A DNA stretch of 64,000 nt from Nitrospirota bacterium (GTDB taxonomy: Bacteria > Nitrospirota > UBA9217). The stretch covers positions 480,001 through 544,000 of the forward strand of contig OY760142.1 in the NCBI GenBank assembly GCA_963663225.1, in the 5' to 3' direction. The notes beneath the pieces are model-generated. The model was not told the DNA's origin and made no database searches. It saw only the letters and a list, made by a program, of their open reading frames with translations. The position numbers were made by a program, and so were the translations under genes. Below are positions 1 through 10,008 of this stretch, piece after piece (the stretch's first letter is position 1; the number at the start of each line of letters is the position of its first letter).

Positions 1-149
1 CCTGGCTTGGTAGCGGGAGCCAGCGCCTCCATCAAATCCTTCATATGAAGGCGGATTAAGAAGTAATGTGCGCATTATAGGTCTCCAGACAAAGACATAA
101 TTAGTGTTTGAATTTCATCCAATATTCGCGTTGATGCTTTACAACTGCG

Positions 150-1154
150 TTAAAAGAAGTAACTGATGCCGCCAAGAACCACATCGGCATCGCGATCGTA
201 TGTAGTCACGATACGGTCCCAAGAAGCTCTTATCCCCCAGTGCTCGAAAAACTTATAATTACCTGATAAGGTAACGATTCCTGACAAGCATCCATCATGC
301 TCACCATCTTGTTGTCTGGCTTGATGGTTTATGCTTAAATAAACGCCGCCCCCGATGCCGATCGAAAAACGGTCATCGAAAAACGATCTCACACCCCATA
401 ATTCGGAAACGATCCCGTTTCTTCGGAGCACCTCATTCCCTCCTTCGTTCAACCAGGAAATGGTCCAATCCATATACGGGAAAAGGCGTCTGCGGTATTC
501 AATGCTTCTTGCGTTGGCAAGTTCCGACCCAAAGCTATTGACAATAGTTCTGCCCAAAAATAGAGTGATCTCATTTTTTGCCGGTTCTATCCGCCTGGAC
601 GGTGGTGAACCGCCGGTTGTCGTCAACGACTTAGAGAGAGGGTCAAACCTGTATCCAATTCCGGTAAGCAAAGATACCGTGTCGTAACTTGATATCGCCT
701 GGCTCCAGTTTGAGCGAACCAGGACATACCATCTGTCCGTCAAGTACCAAAGCGCGTCGCAGCTCATAATGATGCCCCAGGCATGTTCGTTGCTCCAATC
801 GGCATTTTCTGTGGCTCTGGTCGTGTCGTAATAAAAAAAAGGGCCGATCCCCGCTGAAAGAACTAGGCGCTTGTCAAGCAACGGCGCGCGAGCCCATACT
901 TGAACGGCATGCCCATCTCTGTGATGGCGCTCAAGATGACCCTCGTTCAGGTAAGAGATGCTGAACGCGTAATAGTCGCCGAATCCTTCGCGATATTCTA
1001 CCTGCCACGCATAGGAGCGATCATATGAATTGGTGTAGTCGTGCATAGCGCCGCCCAGAACAGACAGTTCCTGGGCTCCAACTGGACACACGCCAAGTAA
1101 AGCAATAAAGCTCCATAGCGCTGCTATTTTAATTTTTGCTATAAAATCACTCAA
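150..1154 (-). CDS. Outer-membrane beta-barrel protein with two tandem PagL/acyloxyacyl-hydrolase-like repeats
   Basis: Signal peptide, alternating beta-strand pattern, internal repeat (ISYLNEGH..HRDG vs ISWLNEGG..RRNG), C-terminal Phe. Confidence 0.6.
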   Translation of the reverse strand: MSDFIAKIKIAALWSFIALLGVCPVGAQELSVLGGAMHDYTNSYDRSYAWQVEYREGFGDYYAFSISYLNEGHLERHHRDGHAVQVWARAPLLDKRLVLSAGIGPFFYYDTTRATENADWSNEHAWGIIMSCDALWYLTDRWYVLVRSNWSQAISSYDTVSLLTGIGYRFDPLSKSLTTTGGSPPSRRIEPAKNEITLFLGRTIVNSFGSELANARSIEYRRRLFPYMDWTISWLNEGGNEVLRRNGIVSELWGVRSFFDDRFSIGIGGGVYLSINHQARQQDGEHDGCLSGIVTLSGNYKFFEHWGIRASWDRIVTTYDRDADVVLGGISYFF

Positions 1155-1182
1155 TTCTTCTAGAAATATTCCTTTATTTTTT

Positions 1183-1821
1183 TTAAAAATATTTCGCAGC
1201 TATTTTTGCTTCTTTTACCGCGCTGATCATGGTTCTTCTTAACTGTTCCGATTCAGGATGTATTCCGTCGCATTGAATAATTATTGACTCTATATTCTCA
1301 ATCCCCATGAAGTTCATAATGAAATTGAAATAGGAGACCGTAAATTTTTCATGCTTTCCGGCGTAAAAACCATTCGACGAGTGAATATGCAGACATTTCT
1401 TACCCTGATCTTTTAACAAACCTTCATGCCCTGATGCCGTAAATTTGAACGTTTTGCCCGCAACGCAGATGGAGTCAATATAAATATTGAATTGCGCGGG
1501 AAAGCCTATGTTCCACTGCGGTGTGGCAAATACGTATTTGTCTGCTTTGGCAAATTGCTCGCTCAACCGCCAAATGCGGAATATCTTATGTCTTTCATCT
1601 GCTGTTAATGCTGCTATCGCTTGATTGTGCAGCAGCTTCTCATGAGCATTTAAAACATCTTCGTCGACTCTTTGAATATAATCTCGATAAATATCAAATT
1701 GATCGATCTCATCATGACCATTCCATTTCATATATTCGGTCAAAAATTCAGAACCGACAAAAAGGCTCGGGGATTTATCCAAGGGCTTTAGGTCACAGGT
1801 GATATAAAGAAGTTTTGCCAT
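1183..1821 (-). CDS. azoR: FMN-dependent NADH-azoreductase family (flavodoxin-2)
   Basis: MAKLLYIT start, ADKYVFATPQWN, YIDSICVAGKTFKFT..EGLL motifs; AAGGAGG RBS. Confidence 0.8.
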   Translation of the reverse strand: MAKLLYITCDLKPLDKSPSLFVGSEFLTEYMKWNGHDEIDQFDIYRDYIQRVDEDVLNAHEKLLHNQAIAALTADERHKIFRIWRLSEQFAKADKYVFATPQWNIGFPAQFNIYIDSICVAGKTFKFTASGHEGLLKDQGKKCLHIHSSNGFYAGKHEKFTVSYFNFIMNFMGIENIESIIIQCDGIHPESEQLRRTMISAVKEAKIAAKYF

Positions 1822-2057
1822 GGAGGTCGCCTCCTTACTTCCATATTGTTTCTTCCCGATCTTTAATCAAGGAAGTCGTCTGGCAAAAAATTTATTGCGC
1901 TATTGTTTTCCCCGTCTATCCACCGTCCGCCACTCAGTACGATCAAGGCGTCTCCATGTTCAGGCAAATCCTGATAGATGCACGGTTCCGCATAGCGTTG
2001 AAATTTACTTTTTTTTGCTGATACGATGCACAGGAATCTGCTTTTTTGTGAAATCTA

Positions 2058-2074
2058 TAGCCATTATTGTGCCA
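2058..2074 (-). promoter_or_regulatory. Predicted sigma54 (-24/-12) promoter for the azoR operon
   Basis: Minus strand TGGCACAATAATGGCTA with correct GG/GC spacing, divergent from a sigma54 activator gene. Confidence 0.6.
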
Positions 2075-2214
2075 ATAATTAAATCAATAAAAACAGCAAT
2101 TTATAATTCTATTTTCATTTTAAATACGCTATTACGTAAAAGTATTGTTATATATAGTAAAAAGGCATACAATTACCTCATAACGTAATTTGCATTTATT
2201 ACTACTGAGGTGGA

Positions 2215-3792
2215 GTGATGAAAGAAGTAAACAGAGAGGAATTTTTCCGTGAAATAACTGTCAGAATTTGCAGCAGCCTTCAAATTAAAACTGCGTTAGA
2301 GAACGTTTTCGAATACCTAAAAAATCACATTCCTCTCGATGATCTCATCCTTGGCATCCGCGATGTTAACCTCTCGGCAATAAGAATGATCAGCGATGTT
2401 ACAACAGGAATGATTGAACCCTTCGATGAAATAATTCCTATTCCCAAAGACCTCTGGGCGCGGGTTATGTCTTGGAATAAAAGAGGCCCCGTTATTATCA
2501 ATTCACTAGAAGACAGAGGCGATATCCAGCGCGCTCTCTTCTCTCTTTTAAACAAGAAATATGTGCCGTGCTCTGAAATTACTTTGCCGATCTGGATAGA
2601 AGATGAGAATCTTGGCTTTTTGCTGCTTCGTGTAAAGGGAGAAGGAAAGTATTCGTACTACCATGCGAAGTTGATGGAAAGCGTTTCTGAACCCATAGCC
2701 ATTGCACTAGCAAACGCGCTGGCTCATGAAAAATTGCTGCATTATCGGGACATTCTCATTGATGACAACCGGTTCTTAAAAAATGAGCTTCATCCGCTAA
2801 TGGATGATGAAATCATCGGCGGTAATTCTGGGCTTAGGAACGTTCTCGAGATGGTCCGGCAGGTCGCACCGCTCAACAACTCAGTCCTGCTGTTCGGAGA
2901 AACTGGCACAGGCAAAGAAGTGATAGCCAACGCCATACATTATGCATCTCATCGTAAAGACGGGCCCTTTATCAAGGTAAACTGCGGTTCTATCCCGGAA
3001 ACACTTATTGACAGTGAGCTGTTTGGTCATGAGAAAGGATCTTTTACCGGCGCTATTGCCGAGAAACGAGGACGGTTTGAACGAGCAGACGGTGGTACAA
3101 TTTTCCTGGATGAAATAGGTGAGTTGCCGCAACAAGCGCAAGTGCGGCTTCTTCGCGTGCTTCAAACGCGGGAAATAGAACGAGTCGGCGGAAACAAGCC
3201 TATCAAAATTGATATACGGGTAATCGCCGCCACTCACCGAAATTTGGAAAGTATGGTGTCCGAGAACAGGTTCCGCGAAGATCTCTGGTTCCGCTTAAAT
3301 GTTTTCCCCATCGTGATCCCTCCACTTCGGCAACGAAAAGAAGATATTCCATCACTCGCCCGTCATTTTGCTGCCCAAAAATCAATCGAACTTGGCATTT
3401 CCAACCCTCCAGTTATTGCTCCGGGCGCGTTGCAACACCTTATGGATTATGACTGGCCGGGAAACGTTCGAGAATTGGAAAATCTAATAGAAAGAGAATT
3501 AATTCGCCTCCGCGGTGGCTTGGAGGGGTATATTACCTTCGACTCCCTGCTGCCAGTTCGAAAACAGTCACCAACAGTCACCCTACAGAAGGATACAGTT
3601 GCCCTTGCAGTGTTAAACCTTGATGATGTCAATGCTATGCACATTAGTAATGTCTTAAAAATAACCAAGGGTAAAATTCACGGCCCGGGCGGTGCGGCAG
3701 AGCTGCTGGGAATTAATGCCAATACACTAAGAGGACGAATGGATAGACTGGGTATAAAATATGGCCGCACCAGAGGAAGTTATTTTTTATGA
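2215..3792 (+). CDS. Sigma54-dependent activator (GAF + AAA+ + HTH, FhlA-like)
   Basis: GETGTGKE Walker A, ELFGHEKGSFTGA, FLDEIGE, WPGNVREL, C-terminal HTH. Confidence 0.92.
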   Translation: MMKEVNREEFFREITVRICSSLQIKTALENVFEYLKNHIPLDDLILGIRDVNLSAIRMISDVTTGMIEPFDEIIPIPKDLWARVMSWNKRGPVIINSLEDRGDIQRALFSLLNKKYVPCSEITLPIWIEDENLGFLLLRVKGEGKYSYYHAKLMESVSEPIAIALANALAHEKLLHYRDILIDDNRFLKNELHPLMDDEIIGGNSGLRNVLEMVRQVAPLNNSVLLFGETGTGKEVIANAIHYASHRKDGPFIKVNCGSIPETLIDSELFGHEKGSFTGAIAEKRGRFERADGGTIFLDEIGELPQQAQVRLLRVLQTREIERVGGNKPIKIDIRVIAATHRNLESMVSENRFREDLWFRLNVFPIVIPPLRQRKEDIPSLARHFAAQKSIELGISNPPVIAPGALQHLMDYDWPGNVRELENLIERELIRLRGGLEGYITFDSLLPVRKQSPTVTLQKDTVALAVLNLDDVNAMHISNVLKITKGKIHGPGGAAELLGINANTLRGRMDRLGIKYGRTRGSYFL

Positions 3793-4353
3793 TTTCATAA
3801 TGCCACCATTTCGTTTATAAGCGACGTACGCTATCAGGACATGTAAATTACCCTTGCAATTTTAACAATCATGATCATACGATAACTTTATTTTATTTCC
3901 TTTGAACTGGTCTTAAAATATTTCTAATTATTTATTTGTTTAGCATAATCAATGTTTACCCTTACAATGTCAGGGACGTTACGAAACATTCGAAAAATGG
4001 TAATAGCCGTTTACGGCTCGCCTTTTGGCTTGTAGCTGCTGTCGCAGCCAAGATGGCGCGTGTCTTATATGGCCTTATAAAGACTAGGCCCTTTCTGAGA
4101 TAATCTTTTCCCTTTGATAATCTGGCGAATATTTTCTTCAAAAGTATGACAGTCACATTACTTTTTATTAGCATATTTTAGCCCCTGTTTTATTGGGCTG
4201 CGGTTATTTAACAGTTTGTCCAAGACCTCGACTCTATAGAAGTATTCTGATTGTATTTCATACGTAACATAGCTTCGCGCAATATCCCATATAATAATGT
4301 TACAATTTTCACTTAAACAAAGGTGAACAAATTCTATCTATATAATAGATAGC

Positions 4354-4692
4354 TCAGAGCGCTGATGAAGATAACGATATATTCAATACACACTCTATGC
4401 AATCTTTTAAGGAGCATATTCCGCACGAATGCGACATCACGACCGGTATTTTTTTTGATTTGGCTACGCTCAGGGCTATTATTTTGGTCCCATGCGATAT
4501 CTTGTTAGTAAAAATCACAACTGCATCCTGATTTTGAATTTTTGTGTCAAGTTTTACAGCTTTCTTTGTATATACCGTCAGCTTGACTCCTGATTGCTCA
4601 GCGGCACTGACATAGTGCCTGCGCAGCCGATCTATTCCTCCGATAAGGGCGATATTGATTAAGTCTTTTTTGTCTGGCTCTGTTTTAGTCAT
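4354..4692 (-). CDS. DUF2325 family protein
   Basis: IALIGG...DAVVIFTNKISH...IPVVMSHSCG pattern. Confidence 0.7.
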   Translation of the reverse strand: MTKTEPDKKDLINIALIGGIDRLRRHYVSAAEQSGVKLTVYTKKAVKLDTKIQNQDAVVIFTNKISHGTKIIALSVAKSKKIPVVMSHSCGICSLKDCIECVLNISLSSSAL

Positions 4693-4712
4693 GGCATCAT
4701 ATTCTTGGTCAT

Positions 4713-5861
4713 TTAGTCTTTTGCGACATCCAGCGCTCTTCGTAAATCATTTTTGATGTCTTCTACATCTTCAAGACCTACTGACAATCGAATCAATCCG
4801 TCGGTAATACCCCTCTTTAAACGTTCTTGCTTCGGCATGGCAGCGTGAGACATGGTCGCTGGATAGGAAAGAATGCTTTCCACACCACCGAGACTGACTG
4901 CTACAAGAGGAATTTTCACACTACGGAGAAATGACCGGGCCGTTGCGCCGTCCTCTAGCTCAAACGAAACAACAGCACCGCCACCGATTGATTGCTTTAA
5001 ATGAATTTCCCGTCCGGGATGATGAGGAAGCGTGGGATAATAGACGCTCACTATATCAGCCTGCTCCAGGAGCCAGTGTGCCAGCTCCACCGCAGCCTTT
5101 TGCTCTGTTTCAACTCGCGGCACCAGAGTCTTTATTCCCCGCATTAAAACCCAGCTGTCAAATGGCCCGAGTACGGCGCCGAAAGCATTTTGTATTTTTT
5201 TTATCTTGTCCGCGATACCATTATCCTTCACCACGACAACACCAGCGAGAAGATCACTGTGCCCTCCGAGAAATTTTGTGGCGCTGTGTATCGAGATGTC
5301 AAACCCGATTTCGAGAGGACGCTGCAAATACGGCGTCATAAATGTGTTATCAATAATAGTCAGAAGCTTTTGTTCGCGCGCAAGCTGGACTGTTGCGTGA
5401 AGATCCGTAATCTTCAGGAGCGGATTCGACGGAGTTTCCACAAAAATCGCTTTTGTTTCTGAAATCAGGGCTTTCTTTATGTTATTTATATCAGTTGTAT
5501 CTACAAACGTGCTCTTAAGGCCCCACTGCTCAAAGAGCGTTGTCAGAACGCGGTAGGTTCCTCCATAAACATCGGAAGATACCACAAGATGATCTCCCGG
5601 TTTAAAAAGCATGAATACGGACGAGATGGCCGCCATCCCAGAAGAGAATGCAAATCCACGGCAGCCGGATTCAAGAATAGCAACCGTGTGTTCAAGCGCT
5701 TCTCTTGTCGGATTATTACCGCGGCTATATTCATATGATCCGAAATCAACCGGGTCTTTTTGTGCGAACGTCGATGCCGTATATATCGGTACACTAGATG
5801 CTCCGGTATAGGGATCGATATCCTTTCCGGTATGAAGTATCTTTGTTCGGTAATCCATCAT
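4713..5861 (-). CDS. Cystathionine beta/gamma-lyase (Cys/Met metabolism PLP enzyme)
   Basis: YSRGNNPT, FSSGMAAI, DNTF, HSATKFLGGHSD PLP-lysine motif. Confidence 0.88.
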   Translation of the reverse strand: MMDYRTKILHTGKDIDPYTGASSVPIYTASTFAQKDPVDFGSYEYSRGNNPTREALEHTVAILESGCRGFAFSSGMAAISSVFMLFKPGDHLVVSSDVYGGTYRVLTTLFEQWGLKSTFVDTTDINNIKKALISETKAIFVETPSNPLLKITDLHATVQLAREQKLLTIIDNTFMTPYLQRPLEIGFDISIHSATKFLGGHSDLLAGVVVVKDNGIADKIKKIQNAFGAVLGPFDSWVLMRGIKTLVPRVETEQKAAVELAHWLLEQADIVSVYYPTLPHHPGREIHLKQSIGGGAVVSFELEDGATARSFLRSVKIPLVAVSLGGVESILSYPATMSHAAMPKQERLKRGITDGLIRLSVGLEDVEDIKNDLRRALDVAKD

Positions 5862-7018
5862 TTTAGTCCTTGCTTCCCGGCCATTCCGCCCAATGCCTGT
5901 GCCAAATCATCGATCAGGTCATCGACATGCTCAACTCCGATTGAAAGGCGTAGTAGACGGTCATTTATTCCGAGCCGTTCGCGTGTGCCTACGGGAATGT
6001 CGGCGTGCGTCTGTACTGCGGGAAACGTAATCAAAGATTCAAGTCCTCCCAGGCTTTCCGCATAAAGGAATATCTTCACCCGTTCAAGAATCTCGGGTAT
6101 AAGTGCGGCGTTATCGACTTCGAACGATATAACGGCACCGAAACCTCTGAACTGTCTACCGAACAGATGGTGCATCGGACCGTTTTCCAGCCCGGGATAA
6201 TAGACGCGCCTGACCCTTAGTTGATCCTTTAGCCAACTTGCGATCAGCATCGCGTTTTCCTGTTGCCTCGACAGTCTGAGTGGCAGGGTCTTGAGCCCTC
6301 GCAGAACGAGCCAGGAATCCAGCGGTCCCAGCACCGCTCCTGCTGCATTCTGAAAAAAACCTATTTGCTCGGCAAATTCTGGTGATTTTACCACGATAAT
6401 TCCTGCCACAACATCGTTGTGACCCGAAAGATACTTACTGGCGCTGTAAACAACAATATCGGCACCAAGATCAAGCGGTTTCTGGAGTAGCGGCGTACAG
6501 AACGTGTTGTCTACAATTGTAAGGACGCCATGATCTCTCCCGAATGCCGCAATGGCGCGGATGTCCGCAATCTTCAGCAGAGGATTCGTCGGGCTCTCGA
6601 TAAAAATCGCCTTGACACCGGTTGCCATAGTCTGTTTCACAGTATCCGTATCTGACGTGTCAATACAGACGGATTTGATACCGAAATGAGCATACCCCTT
6701 TTCAAGAAGACGAATGGTTCCTCCGTAGGGGTCCTCGGTAATTGCGATCTTGTCACCGTGCTTGAACAACCGCAGAACACAGTCGATTGCCGCCATCCCT
6801 GACGAGAAGGCAAAGGCTTTGCTGCCATTGTCAAGCGTAGCCATGGTCTCTTCCAGCGCCTGCCGGGTAGGATTTACCGTCCTCGAATAGTCATATCCTG
6901 TGCTTTTCCCAAGGCCCGGATGTCTGAAGGTTGCCGTCTGATAGATGGGCATCGAAACCGCTCCCGTCCGCTCCTCCCACCTGCTGCCGGCCTGGGCCAG
7001 CAGTGTTTCTATCTTCAT
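5858..7018 (-). CDS. Cystathionine gamma-synthase (MetI/MetB-like)
   Basis: TGAVSMPIYQTATF, YDYSRTVNPTR, YSASKYLSGHND, AESLGG; start chosen at MKIETLL after an AAGGA RBS. Confidence 0.85.
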   Translation of the reverse strand: MKIETLLAQAGSRWEERTGAVSMPIYQTATFRHPGLGKSTGYDYSRTVNPTRQALEETMATLDNGSKAFAFSSGMAAIDCVLRLFKHGDKIAITEDPYGGTIRLLEKGYAHFGIKSVCIDTSDTDTVKQTMATGVKAIFIESPTNPLLKIADIRAIAAFGRDHGVLTIVDNTFCTPLLQKPLDLGADIVVYSASKYLSGHNDVVAGIIVVKSPEFAEQIGFFQNAAGAVLGPLDSWLVLRGLKTLPLRLSRQQENAMLIASWLKDQLRVRRVYYPGLENGPMHHLFGRQFRGFGAVISFEVDNAALIPEILERVKIFLYAESLGGLESLITFPAVQTHADIPVGTRERLGINDRLLRLSIGVEHVDDLIDDLAQALGGMAGKQGLK

Positions 7019-7142
7019 CGTGTTTACTATCCTTTCATGAATTTGTTGTTCCATTCACGAGAAATCCTCATAATGTACAGAAAAAAAACGGCGGCAATCG
7101 AATGCACAAACAGAAAATGCACGTTTAAAAAGGCGGTTATAT

Positions 7143-8072
7143 TCATAACTCCTGAAACATCGGCGTACTAAGATATCGCTCGCCGGTGTCCGGAAGCACT
7201 GCTACAATTAATTTGCCCTTGTTTTCAGGCCGTTTCGCAATCTGAAGCGCCGCGAATGTTGCGGCTCCTGATGATATTCCAACAAGCAATCCCTCGGTCC
7301 TGCTCAAAAGCCTGCCTGTTTCAATTGCTTCTTCATTCTTTACCTTGAACACTTCATCGACAATTTTTGTATTCAATACCTGTGGAACAAATCCGGCACC
7401 GATGCCTTGAATTTTATGCGGTCCCGGCTGTCCTCCAGACAATACTGGAGAATCGAACGGCTCAACAGCCACCACTTTAAATCCGGGTTTCTTTGCTTTA
7501 ATGATTTCTCCCACACCGGTAATAGTGCCACCCGTGCCCACACCGCCCACGAGAATATCGATCGCCCCATCAGTGTCTTCCCATATCTCTTGTGCGGTTG
7601 TTTCTCGGTGGATCTGGGGATTGGAAGGATTTTTGAACTGCTGCGGTACAAATGAATTAGGAGTCTGGGCAGCAAGCTCTTCGGCTTTTTCTATCGCCCC
7701 TTTCATGCCTTTTGCACCGGGAGTCAGAACAAGTTCTGCACCGTATGCCTTCAGGAGATTCCGGCGTTCCACGCTCATAGTGTCAGGCATGGTCAAAATA
7801 AGCCGATACCCGCGCGCCGCTGCGACAAACGCAAGGGCAATCCCGGTATTGCCGCTCGTCGGTTCAATAATCACCGTGTCTTTCTTAATTAATCCTTTTT
7901 CTTCCGCATCCTTAATCATGCTGAAACCGATTCTATCTTTTACACTTCCGCCAGGATTGAATGATTCAAGCTTCGCCACCACTTTTGCATCAATTCCTTT
8001 GCTTACTCGCTGCAAATGAAGCAGCGGAGTTTTGCCGATGATATCTGTCAGATTACTGTAGATCTTGCCCAT
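7143..8072 (-). CDS. cysK: Cysteine synthase A
   Basis: [42 protein letters not shown]. Confidence 0.97.
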   Translation of the reverse strand: MGKIYSNLTDIIGKTPLLHLQRVSKGIDAKVVAKLESFNPGGSVKDRIGFSMIKDAEEKGLIKKDTVIIEPTSGNTGIALAFVAAARGYRLILTMPDTMSVERRNLLKAYGAELVLTPGAKGMKGAIEKAEELAAQTPNSFVPQQFKNPSNPQIHRETTAQEIWEDTDGAIDILVGGVGTGGTITGVGEIIKAKKPGFKVVAVEPFDSPVLSGGQPGPHKIQGIGAGFVPQVLNTKIVDEVFKVKNEEAIETGRLLSRTEGLLVGISSGAATFAALQIAKRPENKGKLIVAVLPDTGERYLSTPMFQEL

Positions 8073-8161
8073 TACAGTCTTCTCCTTTTTTGTTGGATTT
8101 TTGATTAAACCGTATTCTACAAAAACTGCACATTATGTATCTTTCGCTTTAGTCTTCTATT

Positions 8162-8178
8162 TAGCAAGCGCCATGCCA
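8162..8178 (-). promoter_or_regulatory. Predicted sigma54 promoter for the cysK operon
   Basis: Minus strand TGGCATGGCGCTTGCTA, about 90 nt upstream of cysK. Confidence 0.75.
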
Positions 8179-8307
8179 CAAAAAACCACAATTAAACAAT
8201 ACATTTGATAAATACCCTGACTCTAAGTTGATTGTTTTTAATACAACATATTATTCCATAAACATCACTCCTTTCAAAGGAAGCTTCTATTTCCTCTCCT
8301 GAGTCTT

Positions 8308-9192
8308 TCAAGACCGCATTCCCCATTTATAGACGGTATATCGCTCAAGAACGCGAAAAATGAAGTTCTCAAAGAGAAAACCTACAAGGATAACAGTAAA
8401 CAGCCCAGCGAACACGGAGTCTGTTTCAAGCTGGTTCTTTTTTTCATAGATAAACCAGCCCAGCCCGCCGGATCCGGAACTCACGCCAAAGACTAGTTCA
8501 GCGGCAATCAGAGTGCGCCACGCAAATGCCCAGCCGATTTTCAGACCGGTAACAATACTCGGAAATGCCGCAGGTATCAATATTTGGACAACGTAGCGCA
8601 GACCGGTGAGTCCGTAGTTTCTTCCCACCAGGCGCAGTGTGGGAGTAATGCCGGAAAAACCGGAAAGCGTATTGAGCGCTATCGGCCAGAGTACAGCATG
8701 AATAAGAACAAACACGATGCTGGGTGTACCGAGGCCGAACCACAGCAGTGCCAGCGGCAGCAAAGCAATGGCCGGCAGAGGATTGAACATGGACGTAAGC
8801 GTATCCAGCAGATCGGCGCCAATACGGGAGCAGATCGCAAATATGGAAAGTGTGGCAGCCGCAAGAATGCCGCCTGCATAACCGGTAAACAGAACTTTGA
8901 GCGATACAAAAATCCGAGATATAAGCTCTCCGCTTGCGAGCGCATCAAAAAGGGCCATTATCATTGTACTAAAACTCGGAAGCAGCAGGTCGTTGTTCAG
9001 CCAGCCAGCGTAGATTTGCCACAGAAATGCCATCAGGACAAGAAGAGCAATTTTTCTGACCAGCCCTATCTCCCAGACACGCCTTCCCAGTGACAGTGGC
9101 TGCTTCGTTTCTTCGGAGGTCGTGAATTCTTTTTCTGAAATAATATGTTCTTTCACCAAAACATCTGCTGCTATCGATTCATTTCTGCTCAC
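8308..9192 (-). CDS. ABC transporter permease (SsuC/TauC family)
   Basis: Multiple TM helices; NPLPAIALLPL, AWRTLIAAELV, GLGWFI. Confidence 0.9.
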   Translation of the reverse strand: MSRNESIAADVLVKEHIISEKEFTTSEETKQPLSLGRRVWEIGLVRKIALLVLMAFLWQIYAGWLNNDLLLPSFSTMIMALFDALASGELISRIFVSLKVLFTGYAGGILAAATLSIFAICSRIGADLLDTLTSMFNPLPAIALLPLALLWFGLGTPSIVFVLIHAVLWPIALNTLSGFSGITPTLRLVGRNYGLTGLRYVVQILIPAAFPSIVTGLKIGWAFAWRTLIAAELVFGVSSGSGGLGWFIYEKKNQLETDSVFAGLFTVILVGFLFENFIFRVLERYTVYKWGMRS

Positions 9193-9207
9193 ACCGCTCC
9201 CCCCAGC

Positions 9208-10008
9208 TCATATACTGTAGTCAAATGCATCTTTAAATAATATCTTTCGTATCCGCTCACTGATGCTATTAAAAAGTTCATTCCCTGCCCTGCCGAGATC
9301 GGATACATTTACCATAAGTTCGGCCCGAATCCTTCCCGGGTGCGGCGAGAGCAGAATAATGCGATCGCCAAGCAGGACTGCTTCCGGAATGGAATGAGTG
9401 ACAAAAAGCATTGTGAATTGTATTTCATTCCAGAGTGCCAGAAGTTCATCCTGCATCTTTTGGCGTGTCAAGGCATCGAGAGCCGCAAAAGGTTCATCCA
9501 TCAAAATTATTTCCGGTTTCATGGCCAGACAACGCGCAATGGCAACACGCTGTTTCATGCCACCCGACAATGTATGAGGGTAGGCATGAACAAATTTTTC
9601 AAGTTTCACCTTGCGCAGAAAATGCAGAGCCTGCTCTTCTGCCTCCGGTCTCTTCATCTTTCCGCTTGCGGTCAACGCGAACACCACGTTTTCCTTGACT
9701 GTTTTCCAGGGAAACAGCTGGTCGAACTCCTGAAAGACCATGACCCTGTCCGGACCGGGCCCGCTTATTATGCGGTTTTCCCGCAGGATACAACCTACAG
9801 TCGGTTTTAGATGTCCGGCGATTGCTTTTAACAAGGTCGATTTTCCGCAGCCTGAGGGCCCCAGGAGTACAAGGCGGTCCGAGCGAAATACATCAAAGCT
9901 TACATCCCGTACTGCAGTGACCAGATGATCCCGGGTCTTGTACTGCAACGTAACGTCCTTTGCGCTCAGGACCGGATCTGTCCTGTCGGATGCAATGATA
10001 TCGTTCAT
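9208..10008 (-). CDS. ABC transporter ATP-binding protein (SsuB/TauB family)
   Basis: GPSGCGKS, LSGGMKQR, MDEPFAALD, VTH. Confidence 0.93.
   Translation of the reverse strand: MNDIIASDRTDPVLSAKDVTLQYKTRDHLVTAVRDVSFDVFRSDRLVLLGPSGCGKSTLLKAIAGHLKPTVGCILRENRIISGPGPDRVMVFQEFDQLFPWKTVKENVVFALTASGKMKRPEAEEQALHFLRKVKLEKFVHAYPHTLSGGMKQRVAIARCLAMKPEIILMDEPFAALDALTRQKMQDELLALWNEIQFTMLFVTHSIPEAVLLGDRIILLSPHPGRIRAELMVNVSDLGRAGNELFNSISERIRKILFKDAFDYSI

Noticed and set aside
1830-2040. Known riboswitch in the azoR leader
   Set aside because: No recognisable aptamer consensus
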